Shown: one piece after another, positions 51,194 through 61,814 of the stretch
Layout of the letters: each line of letters opens with the position of its first letter
Position numbering within the stretch: position 1 is the first letter of the stretch
NCBI GenBank assembly: GCA_963767735.1
Contig: CAVYES010000005.1
Location: forward strand, 64,001-128,000
Source: Candidatus Bathyarchaeota archaeon
GTDB lineage: Archaea > Thermoproteota > Bathyarchaeia > Bathyarchaeales > Bathycorpusculaceae
DNA: 64,000 nt
Direction of reading: 5' to 3'
Program-made: the position numbers and the translations under genes
The notes under the pieces: generated by a model
The model's input: the letters and a program-made list of their open reading frames with translations, nothing else
Told to the model about the DNA's origin: nothing
The model's database searches: none

Positions 51194-51646
51194 ATGTCGT
51201 CAAACCCAAGTTTCACTTCGCTTTCTGAAGTGGTTACTCACCTAAATGCTACAGGACCCGATAGCAACAGCAATTATCAAGTCTACGGGCTCACGGTCTC
51301 AAGTAATAGCGTTCAAGCCTACGTTGATCACGCGAACACTTACATAGGCAGTCTAGTGCCCAGTGTAACATCTACGGATCCGCGTTACCCGTTTGCGCAG
51401 TTAGCCGCTTTGGATCTTTCGTGCATGAGCGTTTTAGTTGCTGCAAGCGGCGGGATGCTTTTGGGTGCAGCAGATTACAAGCTTGGCGATTTATTCGTAA
51501 CTAAAGCCACTATCGGAAAATTCGCATTTCAAAGCGCAGTGCAAAGCTTCCAAGACAGTTTTACCCGAAATATAGTGAATCTTTCAACTGTAGCCGTAGG
51601 CGCTCAAGCACGCCTGGGATATGAAGTTCCTCGGAGGAAATCTTAG
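51194..51646 (+). CDS. Putative head-tail adaptor
   Basis: FTSLSEV..AYVDHANTYI..YKLGDL pattern; first gene of the tail cluster. Confidence 0.55.
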   Translation: MSSNPSFTSLSEVVTHLNATGPDSNSNYQVYGLTVSSNSVQAYVDHANTYIGSLVPSVTSTDPRYPFAQLAALDLSCMSVLVAASGGMLLGAADYKLGDLFVTKATIGKFAFQSAVQSFQDSFTRNIVNLSTVAVGAQARLGYEVPRRKS

Positions 51647-52084
51647 ATGTCAACGAATCAGGCTTTAGCGGTTTCGGAGTTGCTGCAGGAGAATTGGGGG
51701 CTATCAAGTCCGGTGGCTGCCGCGAATATTTTGTGGCCTACGACGCGTATGGATGCGATTGGGATTACTCAGGGAAAAGGATCCTTGCAAGTGGCTGTCT
51801 ATAACGCGAGTCCTAGCAAGCAAGTGGACGCGCTTAGCCGCGAATGTTACCTGGTTACCGAAAAACTTGTGGTCGACATAATTGTTGTTAACGCCAGTCA
51901 AAGCTCCGCTGATTTAGCGGCTGCAGAATCCACTTTGGAGGCCTTGCAGACTGAGGTTAATCGCATCATACATTTGCAAGACCCAAACTACGTCGTAACC
52001 GGAGAGCCGATTCACAGCAACGCAACTGAAGTAACCCGCGTTATGATCAACGTTGACGCCGTTTACTTCAGCATTTCAAGCTAA
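51647..52084 (+). CDS. Putative neck/tail-terminator protein
   Basis: Size, alpha/beta pattern, translational coupling and position. Confidence 0.45.
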   Translation: MSTNQALAVSELLQENWGLSSPVAAANILWPTTRMDAIGITQGKGSLQVAVYNASPSKQVDALSRECYLVTEKLVVDIIVVNASQSSADLAAAESTLEALQTEVNRIIHLQDPNYVVTGEPIHSNATEVTRVMINVDAVYFSISS

Positions 52085-52359
52085 TAGGCAGATGAAGCAA
52101 ATGGCAGAACAAAAAAGGGCGGCAAACCAGAAGTTCAAAACTCGATTTAGCACTTGGATTGTGACTTACAAAAACGGTGCTCAGGTTCTTGTAGAGCATA
52201 GAGTAACAAAAATAGCTTAACGCTGCTTAAATATCGCTGGAATCTGTTAGTCCAGAAAACTGGACTCACCTTTATTTGTGTTATTCGGCGTGTCTACAAA
52301 CGAGGCATTAAATAGTTTAATGGATATGACATGGACAAGACAGCGGGTGTTGAGAGAAA

Positions 52360-53253
52360 GTGGAAGACGAAGGGCAAGTGGAGAATGATAGACAACGCGC
52401 AGAAGTCTTTGATGCACTCGGTCATCCTACCCGTATAGGAATCTTGAAGGCCTTAAGTGAAGGCCCTCTCGGCTTCGCTGAGCTAAAGAAGAAGACTTCA
52501 ATTGACAGCAGCGGACATCTTCAACATCACTTAATCAAACTAAATGGCCTGATAAAAACTGATGAATATGGCAAATATTGCCTCTCTGACCAAGGAAAAG
52601 ACGCCTTGTTAACCGTACGTACAGTGGAGAATGCAACCGATAAAAAGCCAATGTCACAGCAGAAGTCAATACACCACTTTAATTTTAAAGTAGGTTTAAA
52701 ACCAGTTGCTTTGCTGCTCGTGGCGCTCTTAATTGCCAGTTCAGCAGCCGCAGTATACGAGTATAATCAAGCAGGGTTTTTCCAAAGTAAACTTGCCCAT
52801 TCTTCGCAGATTAGCGATGGCTATTATTTACCCTATGAAGGCAACATTAGTAAAATATTTGTAGTTTCGACAAATTCAAGTTATGGATACTACCCAGTTA
52901 AAACCTACACTTATCTTAACGGAACGGAAGTTAAGGCAGGTGGACCTTGCGTTATAATTAGCGTCACCGTACGAAATGATTATTCGACAGAGTATCCACC
53001 GCCATATCCAGCCCCTGGCTCAACGGTAGCAGGGATTTACTTGATGGCTCAGTTATTTAGTGGCGAACAACAAATTAAGGCAACGGATTTATTATACAAC
53101 CCGCCCTTTTTCGGACCTGACATCGGTTCGAATGCATTTATTAATAGTGGAGAAAGTGCAACCATTACTTTGTATTTGGGAACAAACGCTACAAACGTAA
53201 CAAGTTACCAAATTGTGCCAACATGGATTTCGGGAACTCCGCCACCATTTTAG
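52360..53253 (+). CDS. ArsR-type wHTH-TM-extracellular domain protein (cargo)
   Basis: FDALGHPTRIGILKAL..SSGHLQHHL followed by a TM segment. Confidence 0.8.
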   Translation: MEDEGQVENDRQRAEVFDALGHPTRIGILKALSEGPLGFAELKKKTSIDSSGHLQHHLIKLNGLIKTDEYGKYCLSDQGKDALLTVRTVENATDKKPMSQQKSIHHFNFKVGLKPVALLLVALLIASSAAAVYEYNQAGFFQSKLAHSSQISDGYYLPYEGNISKIFVVSTNSSYGYYPVKTYTYLNGTEVKAGGPCVIISVTVRNDYSTEYPPPYPAPGSTVAGIYLMAQLFSGEQQIKATDLLYNPPFFGPDIGSNAFINSGESATITLYLGTNATNVTSYQIVPTWISGTPPPF

Positions 53254-53300
53254 GCGCATTTGATTAATTTTAATTTACAGTACTTTGCGTAAGAGGGATT

Positions 53301-53666
53301 TTGTTGAGTATTCAAATTTCAGTTAGCTTGCTAAATTTTGATGTGCTGAGCAATTGCTTTGAGTGTCTTTGTGAGCAGTACCCTGAGGCTGTTGGGCAAG
53401 CAATGCAGAATGTTGCCCAGAATATTTTGGCAACTGCAAACACGCTAGTTCCAGTCAGAACAGGTTATCTAAAAAGCACAATAGTAATTGAGCAGCCCGG
53501 CAAATTCCAACTTAAGATCAAGGCTACGGCGCCTTACGCCTATTATGTGGAGTTTGGCACCCGAAAGATGCCGGCGAGGCTTTTCTTAACGAATTCGGTT
53601 AATCAGCATATGCCCGAGTTTGGGCCTGCAATAGAAGAACAAATTCAAAATATCCTGCAAGGCTAA
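53301..53666 (+). CDS. HK97 gp10-family tail completion protein
   Basis: PVRTGYLKSTI..APYAYYVEFGTRKMPARLFL. Confidence 0.9.
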   Translation: MLSIQISVSLLNFDVLSNCFECLCEQYPEAVGQAMQNVAQNILATANTLVPVRTGYLKSTIVIEQPGKFQLKIKATAPYAYYVEFGTRKMPARLFLTNSVNQHMPEFGPAIEEQIQNILQG

Positions 53667-53759
53667 CATACACTCAATAGCCTCTAATCAGTATATACCC
53701 AACAGCTTCTAATCGTACCATAATTTTATCAGAATAATTGTTAATCGAGGTGAAAAAGT

Positions 53760-54182
53760 ATGAGTTTAGCAACTACGCCAGTTCTAAGTCGCAACGCAGT
53801 TGTTCAGGTGGGCGGAGCAGCAATCGGTTTTCTCACTGACTTCACTATGGATGTCAAAGCAGAGATGATTAAGGAGTATGTTTGTGCGTCAGGCGGGTCT
53901 CCGTCGCCAGCTTTCACGGCAAGCGGCAACCAATCCTACACGTTTAAAGCTTCAGCGCTCTATGTTCCAGCAAACTATGCAGCATTACTTACAGATGTTC
54001 TAAACGGCACTTTGGTGACGGTTATTTGGGGTCCACAGGGCACAACTACAGGGTCGGGAACACCAAAAATCACGCTAAGCAACGTTGTCTTAACAGCTTA
54101 CAGCGTAAAAAATGGTCAGAAAGGCACCATTGCCAATGATATCAGTGGTGAAGCGCAAAGTGTGGCCACAAGCACATTCTAG
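53760..54182 (+). CDS. Major tail tube protein
   Basis: 140-aa beta-rich protein, GAGGTG RBS, between gp10 and chaperone, T-rich terminator after. Confidence 0.7.
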   Translation: MSLATTPVLSRNAVVQVGGAAIGFLTDFTMDVKAEMIKEYVCASGGSPSPAFTASGNQSYTFKASALYVPANYAALLTDVLNGTLVTVIWGPQGTTTGSGTPKITLSNVVLTAYSVKNGQKGTIANDISGEAQSVATSTF

Positions 54183-54212
54183 TGCTTTTCTTTCTTTTTT
54201 CAGTTGCCATAG

Positions 54213-54515
54213 TTAAGGGAGATGAGGAGGATATTTTCTTTTAGCCGCCCAATCGACAAGGACAATTCCCAAAATTAAAATCGTTGAATCGATAAGAATT
54301 CCAGATTGTAGAATAAGGTTAGGAACTGCATTTACGTCCCGCAAGAAGAAAAGCAATAACGCTGTGGGAATAAGTGTGGCAGCCAATAAGAGCCTCGATT
54401 TTATTCTGAAATTCAGAATTCCATGAGAACGAGCTTCCTCAGCTGCGACCAAACAGGTGACCTCAGGAACACATTTTAATTTTCCCACTAAAAAAGGTTC
54501 GCCAGCTATTATCAT
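54213..54515 (-). CDS. Small membrane protein (cargo, opposite strand)
   Basis: Two hydrophobic segments; start uncertain. Confidence 0.4.
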   Translation of the reverse strand: MIIAGEPFLVGKLKCVPEVTCLVAAEEARSHGILNFRIKSRLLLAATLIPTALLLFFLRDVNAVPNLILQSGILIDSTILILGIVLVDWAAKRKYPPHLP

Positions 54516-54566
54516 GCTGAGTTAACAGCATTTTGTGGCATTAATTGATATTAATGAGGTGATTTG

Positions 54567-55102
54567 ATGAGTGAAGAAAAATTTGATAGTGAAGGTTTCG
54601 AGAAGCTTAAAGCAGCGTTCAACGAGTATGAGGCAGAGCAGAAAGAGCGTTTCAAAAATTTTAGCGTAGGCCTGCTTAAGAGTAGTAAGGTTCCGCAGGA
54701 GGCTAATGTGTCCGGCGCCGGCTGGGTCAAATTCGTTTTGCTTACCCATAATGAGCTTAGCGATTTAGCGAAGTTTTACAAGGATGATCAACGCGAATTC
54801 GAACTGCAAGCTCTTCTAAAGATGATGAAGCCCTGCTACCCAGACTTAACAGAGAAGGACCTGCGAGATGCACCTTGGGATTTGGTGCGTGCCCTGGAGA
54901 AGGCGTTGCTTAATGAGGGTTTTTTACCGCGAACAGTGAGGCGGTCAATGACTGGATTTACTGGAGCAGTGAAGCCCAGCGCATCGCAGCCGTCATCAAC
55001 CTCTACCACTACACCCTAGAATACGCGGCAAGCCTAACCAATTTCCAACTGGAATTCTTAATCCAATCTGCAATTTGGTATCGCAAGTTGTCAGAAGGCT
55101 AA
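54567..55102 (+). CDS. Tail assembly chaperone gpG (to 55019) and gpGT (-1 frameshift, to 55102)
   Basis: Slippery G GGT TTT / T TTT TTA at 54917-54926; the -1 frame is open to TAA 55100-55102; upstream of tape measure. Confidence 0.75.
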
Positions 55103-55383
55103 AAACAAGGTGAGTGGCGCTGTCTTTTCCCGAAATTGCCTATTGAAAGATTATTGAGATTGCTTTATCAGGTCCTCGTCTATTTTCGGCTTCCTCTTAA
55201 TCTAGAAATCACCGAATGCTAAAGAAATCTATCCTTTTTTGAAGTGGTTCGCTCCCTGATGCTATCTACGAAAGCGCAGTATATTCCCTGGGTATAAATC
55301 ATTTGGTTGGTGAGAGTATGATAAATAATTGATAAAATTCTCAATCAAGTAGGCTTAAATTATCAACAGTCTAAATGTTTTAA

Positions 55384-55955
55384 ATGGTTAGAATGGAAAC
55401 TGACTACTCATTCCTCCATAAGATCCTGAAGGACTCAACTAGGCGAGACATCTTGCGATATCTTAACGATCGGCCTCTGTCTTACATGGAACTGATGAAT
55501 CTTTCAAAAATCACAAACACTGGAAAGCTCAACTATCACCTGAAAGTTCTCGGCGAGCTAATTCAGAAAACGGCTGATGATAAGTATAGTTTAACTGACA
55601 GGGACGTCTTGCCGTCCAATTGCTTGAGAAGTTCCCTTCAAAGCCAATTCAGGGAAAACCCGTTTTATCTCACGGACCCGTGATTATGTTGTCCCCAGAA
55701 TGGAAAAGGGAATTTGGTCTTATGACATTTATGATAGCTTCTTTCCTTGGAGGAATTTACTTGTTGTTTTTCAGTGTGCTTTTCTTGGAGCGCCCTTGGC
55801 CTCACGGTCCTATTTCTTTAACAAGCGCGGCAGGCATAATCGTCGCTATGGGTCTCATTATTCTATCTTTGCCAATTCGTAAAAGGTATCTGGCTGTCAA
55901 AGAAAGAAATAAACAAACGCTAATCTCCTATCGAGCTGATGACCCAACCCATTGA
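55384..55955 (+). CDS. wHTH plus two-TM regulator (cargo, indel near 55600)
   Basis: ILKDSTRRDILRYL..TGKLNYHLKVL; TM segments in the second ORF. Confidence 0.7.
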
Positions 55956-56115
55956 ACCTTCTAAAAGGTCCAAATTGCTCGTATTCGTATGTTGATTCAT
56001 GGCGCTTCTTTTTACCGATATTATGTGTTGAAGTAAGTCGTGAAACTGGTTTGAATTTTCATCCAGTGTTTTGAGCGCGAGCGCTAAAAAATTGTTTCAG
56101 AAGGGTAAAAACGAA

Positions 56116-57501
56116 ATGAGTGGAGCTCCTGCAGAAATAGATATTGTTGCGACTGATGATGCTTCGGATGTTTTCCAAGATGTCAGCAGCAACTTTAGCG
56201 ATATGAGTAGCAATGTCAGCGAAGCCTCTGACTCAATGAGCACCGACGTTTCAGATAGCATGCAACAAACCTCCAGCTCCGTTTCAACTATGACGACAAC
56301 GGTGCAGGCTGATACTAGCCAAATGCAGGATTCCTTCAATCAAGCCGGAAGCACTGCACAGGTAAGCATGAATCAAATAACCACCAGCACAGGCGAAGCA
56401 AGCGATGCCACTGAAGCGTCTAGTCAGAGCTTTAGCCAAAACGCAATGCAGATGAATAGTGCAGCGATGAGCGGTGCCATGCTGTATATGGCTGTAAATA
56501 ACATAGAGAACGCGCAAACATCGCTTGCTAGAGCTAACTTGACTGAGGAAAAAGCAGCTAATTCCGTTACTTTAGCGCAGCAAGCCTATAATGTGGCTGT
56601 TGCGAAGTACGGTGAAACCAGCGTTCAGGCACAAGATGCAGCAAATCAGCTCAATTTAGCGATTGAAACTCAGCAAGTGGATCAGGAACGGGTTGCTGAA
56701 GCAAGTCGAAACTATAACAGTACCTTGATGATGTCGGCGCTTACGGTTATTCCTGCAGTTATCAATGTTATGACTTTGGCGAGTCATGCAACTCAAATGT
56801 GGGAAGGCGCCCAAGCGGCTCTTGATGTTGTTATGGATGCTAACCCGATTGGTTTAGTTGTAATCGCTATCGCTGCCTTGGTGGCGGCTGTCATTGCTGC
56901 ATACACGTATTGCAAGCCTTTTCGCGATGTAATCAACGATATAGGCAGCATAATTGGCGGATCGGTTCTTTCAGCATTTAACGCTTTAAAGTCTGCAGGA
57001 GACGCATTATGGAGCGGTCTTAGCTGGGCTTACAGTAACATTTTGTTGCCGGTAGCTAACTTTTTCAAAGAAGTTTTAGTTGCCGACTTGAATGTTGCAT
57101 TAGTGCCTGTTAAAGCTTTTGAGACAGCCATTGGCGCCGTCGCTAATGCAGTGAAGCCCTTGAGCGATTTAATCGGGGGATTAGGCTCAGCTCTTAGTCA
57201 TCTGTGTTTTGCTCATGCAGCGCCTGCAGCGGAAGAATTCAACAAACAAGTTACCCAAAGCATAGCGCTCAGCGACCAGTTAACGCATAAAACTAACACG
57301 CTTGGCTCATCGCTTCAAGGCTTGGCAGGCAACGTATCAGTAAAAGGCGGAAGCGGCACAAGCAACATAACAATCGGCTCACCCAACATCACAATCGGCA
57401 ACATTACAGGGACTGCTTCGCTCAAGCAAACACGAGACGCGGTCAACAAGGGGATTTGCGATGCGATGTACAAGAAAGGCATAATGAACAAGGTGACATG
57501 A
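56116..57501 (+). CDS. Tape measure protein
   Basis: IDIVATDDAS start, Ala/Ser-rich helices, MDANPIGLVVIAIAALVAA..FRDVIN. Confidence 0.85.
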   Translation: MSGAPAEIDIVATDDASDVFQDVSSNFSDMSSNVSEASDSMSTDVSDSMQQTSSSVSTMTTTVQADTSQMQDSFNQAGSTAQVSMNQITTSTGEASDATEASSQSFSQNAMQMNSAAMSGAMLYMAVNNIENAQTSLARANLTEEKAANSVTLAQQAYNVAVAKYGETSVQAQDAANQLNLAIETQQVDQERVAEASRNYNSTLMMSALTVIPAVINVMTLASHATQMWEGAQAALDVVMDANPIGLVVIAIAALVAAVIAAYTYCKPFRDVINDIGSIIGGSVLSAFNALKSAGDALWSGLSWAYSNILLPVANFFKEVLVADLNVALVPVKAFETAIGAVANAVKPLSDLIGGLGSALSHLCFAHAAPAAEEFNKQVTQSIALSDQLTHKTNTLGSSLQGLAGNVSVKGGSGTSNITIGSPNITIGNITGTASLKQTRDAVNKGICDAMYKKGIMNKVT

Positions 57502-57896
57502 TGAGCTGGCAAATAACCCAAGGATCCACAACAATTACGCTGCCGTATGCACCTCAGACCAACACAGATGAATCTCCAACTATTGATGATTCTTCGATTA
57601 ATGTTCCTGAGCAGGGGACTACTCTTGTTTCCGTCTGCAACGATGTACGCACCTTAACGATGGAAGGATTTTTCTACATAGCAGGATCAACAAAAAGTGC
57701 GATTGACTCAACATACATTGTTCCCTTGCTCGGAATGCTTCACTTATTAGTTACGTTAACGACCCCAAGACCCAGCCTCAACGCCACATGGAAATTTGAC
57801 AAAGCAACCTTCACCGAAACAAAAGATTACTCAAACCAACCCGCAATCAAATTTACGCTCGTCTTCAAGTTTGCAGCAAACTACGTGGTGCTATAG
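57498..57896 (+). CDS. Putative distal tail protein
   Basis: Overlaps the TMP stop; VRTLTMEG motif. Confidence 0.6.
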   Translation: MMSWQITQGSTTITLPYAPQTNTDESPTIDDSSINVPEQGTTLVSVCNDVRTLTMEGFFYIAGSTKSAIDSTYIVPLLGMLHLLVTLTTPRPSLNATWKFDKATFTETKDYSNQPAIKFTLVFKFAANYVVL

Positions 57897-57898
57897 CA

Positions 57899-59923
57899 AT
57901 GTCGTGGACCATTCAATATTTGTCTGGCAGTGCTTGGGTAACTAAGACTGACGCTGTGATAGATCAGATAGTTGATGAGATAAATGGTCAGTTAGGGGCG
58001 TCAGGCGAACAGGAATTTGACTTTATAATGCCCAATACCGCAGCGAATTTGACGTTTGTTGAAACTGATCAGCAGGTTCAGATTCTTTGGGGCAGCACGG
58101 TCGTTTTTGCGGGATCGCTGCGGGCTTACAAAACAAAATTTATCACTATTACGGCTACGGTTTACAATAGCGTTTTTGAATTAATGAAAAAGCAGACTGT
58201 CACTGGAAAATATAGTAATGTAGCTGCTTCGACAATATTGGCAGCTATTTGCTCGGCTTGCGGCATGGCTGCTGGATCCTGTCCGACTACCTCTATTAGC
58301 ACACAATTTAACTCGACGGACTGTTATACAGCAGCACTTAATGTTGCCAATATTTTAGGTCTAAACTTATTCAATTCAGGCAACACCGTAAATATCGCTG
58401 TTAAGGGCAATCAGACTCCCACAGCCATAACGATTGACACGGAAAGTGAAGTAGACATCGACCGCAGCAAATCCGGTTATGATGGCGTCATCATCCGCGG
58501 TGTTGATCAAGCTGGAAACGCTATTAGTGGATCAGCAGGGAACACGAGCGCGGGCTACAGTGTTAAAACCCTAACTAACAAAATCGCTATGAGTCAAGCT
58601 ACTCTAAATAGCCTCGCCACTGAATACTTGCAAAGCCTCCAGCAAACCAATAGCGGCTCTCCGTTGGTATGCGATATATCCCAAGCGGCCCTGCTCAACA
58701 GCGGCGATTTAATTACTGTTACGAACGGTGCAGCCTTCGGGCTTTCCGGAAGCTACGAAATCGCCACCATAACAAAAGCTTTGACGAAAGCAACTATTGA
58801 AATCGTTCATTCAGTCAACGATTTTAGTAATTTAGTTGACGCCCTTGCTTCTGCCACTACTGCCCTCAATACATTGCCGATAAGTTCAGATCAGGTTCAG
58901 GGAAGCAGTGTGAGCCTTCAAAGCCTTCAAGCCTTTTACCATCTGGGTGAAGGTTCAGGCTCAGTTGCTAATGATTCGAGTCCGGCAGGAAATAATGGAT
59001 CCATAGGCTCTGGGTGCACGTGGGTTCCAGGACCAGAAACAAAAGTTTTAATGTTCAACGGCAACGGAAGTTACGTAGACTTACCGAGCAGTGATTTGAA
59101 TTTTGGCGGCTTATCGGCAATGTCTTTCGCCGTATGGTTTTCACCGACATTGGCTGCTCAAGGCTACCTCGTCTATAAGCCTAATCAGTTTTACGTGCAA
59201 GTAAACGCGAACGGCAGCATAGTCTTTGCGCTATACATCGGCGGAGCCTGGGTAACATTAACAACCCCTGCTGGAACTGCGACATTAAACGGTCGCCTTT
59301 TTGGAGCCTTTGTCTACGATGGAATCAACATGTACATTTACCTCAACGGTCCTGTCCTTGCACAGCAGACCAAATCAGGCGCTATTGGAAGCAGCACAAA
59401 CGATACTTATTTGGGTGCGGAAACTGCTTCTTTAGACGGTTTTAGCGGAGTAATTTCTGAAATTATGTTTTTTGGGCGTGCCCTCGGTCCGCAGGAGGTG
59501 TATTCGCTCTACTTTTTTCCCCTTATTAGCTACCTGAAAAGCAGCGGCGGGGGAGCAACAACTTGGAGCGTTTATATCATAAGCGATCCTAACGGCTCTT
59601 TGAGTTTAAGTGGGTTGCAAACGATAACTGTGGGGTCACCTTGCACGGTAACTGACAGTTTGAATGCTGGATTTAGCTTAGGCTACTGGCTTTTAGATGG
59701 AGTGCAAGTCACTGGGAACCCTTACACGATTCCAGCGCAGACTGCGGGGTCTTGCCATGTTTTGCAACCTGTTTCCATCTTTACTTCTCCTCCTGTGTTT
59801 TGGTTTGCAAGCGTCACAACAGGAAACAGTGACTTGAAAGAGGAAGGCGACGTGGCCGACGCGATTCTAATCAATGACTCAAGCGCAGCACGAGCTGAAA
59901 CTAACGTAATCACAAATCATTAG
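57899..59923 (+). CDS. Tail hub/tip protein with LamG/ConA-like domain
   Basis: Hub-like N-terminus; YHLGEGSGSVANDSS..FNGNGSYV..YDG..IYLNG..FSGVISEI..RAL. Confidence 0.75.
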   Translation: MSWTIQYLSGSAWVTKTDAVIDQIVDEINGQLGASGEQEFDFIMPNTAANLTFVETDQQVQILWGSTVVFAGSLRAYKTKFITITATVYNSVFELMKKQTVTGKYSNVAASTILAAICSACGMAAGSCPTTSISTQFNSTDCYTAALNVANILGLNLFNSGNTVNIAVKGNQTPTAITIDTESEVDIDRSKSGYDGVIIRGVDQAGNAISGSAGNTSAGYSVKTLTNKIAMSQATLNSLATEYLQSLQQTNSGSPLVCDISQAALLNSGDLITVTNGAAFGLSGSYEIATITKALTKATIEIVHSVNDFSNLVDALASATTALNTLPISSDQVQGSSVSLQSLQAFYHLGEGSGSVANDSSPAGNNGSIGSGCTWVPGPETKVLMFNGNGSYVDLPSSDLNFGGLSAMSFAVWFSPTLAAQGYLVYKPNQFYVQVNANGSIVFALYIGGAWVTLTTPAGTATLNGRLFGAFVYDGINMYIYLNGPVLAQQTKSGAIGSSTNDTYLGAETASLDGFSGVISEIMFFGRALGPQEVYSLYFFPLISYLKSSGGGATTWSVYIISDPNGSLSLSGLQTITVGSPCTVTDSLNAGFSLGYWLLDGVQVTGNPYTIPAQTAGSCHVLQPVSIFTSPPVFWFASVTTGNSDLKEEGDVADAILINDSSAARAETNVITNH

Positions 59924-59936
59924 GAGAAAAAACAAA

Positions 59937-60668
59937 TTGTCAAGTGTAATTAGAGGCCAGCAGGGCGGCTCGACCGGAAATGCTGTTGAAGGCGGAGGCT
60001 TCTGCTTTGCATCAACAACTTACTCCGAGGGTTGTAGTAAAGGTCCGCTTGACGCAGCCCTTCTTGAAAATGGCACTAACATAACTGAAGGGTGCACTAC
60101 GGGTCCACTTGACCTTGGATTTCTTGACAATGGCATTAACGCGGAGTGCGGAAATGATTCAGGACCAAGTCGTTCTGATGCTCCTTCTTTTCCCACAACA
60201 GGCACATATGGAAACACCAGCACTGGAGCAAGCTACACTCCCTGCATAAACGACATTGTTGGAAGCGTCTTTACAACTCCAACTGTATCGGGCGCGATGC
60301 ATGTAACTGGAATCCACGCGCTTGTTCAATGCGACACGGCTAACAAAACCTTCAACGCTGCAATTTACACGGCTGCAGGCGCTTTAGTTGGCCAATGCAA
60401 CCCGGTAACCGTTTCTTACTCTGCCAATCCACAGATGGCTATGTTTACTCCAACAAACGCGATACAACTTGCATCTAACACAGCCTACATCTTAGTTGTT
60501 TGGTGTAGCAGCGCCTCAGGAAATGGCGGTCTTTACTATATTGCTGGAAGCACAAATCAAGGCTACACTTACGCTTCAACATACTCATCTACTTTTACAA
60601 GTAGCCTCGGAACAATCACTTTCAACAATAATTCTTACTGTGTTTACGCTGACTACTACGTGTTTTAG
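59937..60668 (+). CDS. Putative tail fibre / receptor-binding protein
   Basis: 20-aa N-terminal repeat; beta-sandwich-like IQLASNTAYILVVW. Confidence 0.5.
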   Translation: MSSVIRGQQGGSTGNAVEGGGFCFASTTYSEGCSKGPLDAALLENGTNITEGCTTGPLDLGFLDNGINAECGNDSGPSRSDAPSFPTTGTYGNTSTGASYTPCINDIVGSVFTTPTVSGAMHVTGIHALVQCDTANKTFNAAIYTAAGALVGQCNPVTVSYSANPQMAMFTPTNAIQLASNTAYILVVWCSSASGNGGLYYIAGSTNQGYTYASTYSSTFTSSLGTITFNNNSYCVYADYYVF

Positions 60669-60687
60669 AGGGGGTGAATAAGACAAA

Positions 60688-61380
60688 ATGTTGACTTTTT
60701 ATCAAAACTTGAAATCTCAAATAGCTAAAAAATACAGAAATCACTTGATGCTTCAATGGTGGGCTGTTAAGCAACTTCTAAAAGGAAAACTGCGACTACG
60801 AAACACTTTCGGCGATGAAATAAGAATCAAGGATGAGATCACATGTTGGCAAGGCGATAAAATTCAGTTCCGAACTAAAGGCCACATCGTTTCTCAAGGA
60901 TTAATTTGCATGGTGAATTGGATTTCTTGGGGTGGTAACGGTGTTGCCGTCGCGGAATACGGATTAATGGCAAATGCAGGTTCGGGTTGGTATATTCGAT
61001 GCGGAACTGGCACAGGCGCTACGGCGCAATCAACAACTGGGTTAGTGACGGCAATCTCGACAGCTCCAAACACGTTGAGCGGAACAAACAGTAACCCAAG
61101 CGCTGGACAATACCGCATTGCATGGACAGCGACGTGGAACTCAGGCACTCTCTCTGCAATCACCATCACAGAGTTTGGGATGTGGTGGAACAACGGTTTC
61201 GGAGCTTCTGGAGCTATGGGTTTGAATGGATTTGGCAACACCGGTTACGCTAACCAAAGCGGTTCAAACCCGGAATTTACTTCGCGCATAAGCAGTACAG
61301 ACGGAGACTTTTCCAGCTTCACCGTGAATACTTCTGTTCCTTTGACTCTTCAGTGGAACTTAACGTTCACTTTCGCTTAG
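60688..61380 (+). CDS. Putative tail-tip/fibre-associated structural protein
   Basis: YIRCGTGT..T.L..ITEFGM..LTLQWNLTF pattern. Confidence 0.55.
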   Translation: MLTFYQNLKSQIAKKYRNHLMLQWWAVKQLLKGKLRLRNTFGDEIRIKDEITCWQGDKIQFRTKGHIVSQGLICMVNWISWGGNGVAVAEYGLMANAGSGWYIRCGTGTGATAQSTTGLVTAISTAPNTLSGTNSNPSAGQYRIAWTATWNSGTLSAITITEFGMWWNNGFGASGAMGLNGFGNTGYANQSGSNPEFTSRISSTDGDFSSFTVNTSVPLTLQWNLTFTFA

Positions 61381-61553
61381 CACGAGATAAATACCAAAGA
61401 AAGGGCTTAACCCAAAAGTTTCTTGTTGATTTAAAAAAAGTTGGTTTTTTGCAAGGGATTACTGCGTGCAGCGAGGGCTCCGCATGTCTCTGGTGGCTTA
61501 ACCTTGCGCCTTTCTAGTGATTTAATCACACTTGTTAATGGAGGTGAATGTAA

Positions 61554-61814
61554 ATGGTGAGTTCTATAAATTTGAGTCAAAAAGCTGAGACTGCACTTGT
61601 TGAGGTTAGCGCAGGTTTGATTGCTGCAGGCACGGCAGGCATGACCGCGGTGAGTTCAATGCCAGTCCAATATCAAGCTTTAGGAGCATCAGTGTGCGGC
61701 GGCTTGATCACTATCGGCGGCTCCATGATTGCGGTATGGCACAAATTCGTCAACGTGTTCCAAACGCAAGTATCTTCGCAGACACAAAGCCAAACAACTG
61801 CAACTCCAACATAA
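61554..61814 (+). CDS. Two-TM holin-like protein
   Basis: GGAGGTG RBS, two hydrophobic helices, end of tail cluster, T-rich terminator after. Confidence 0.45.
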   Translation: MVSSINLSQKAETALVEVSAGLIAAGTAGMTAVSSMPVQYQALGASVCGGLITIGGSMIAVWHKFVNVFQTQVSSQTQSQTTATPT

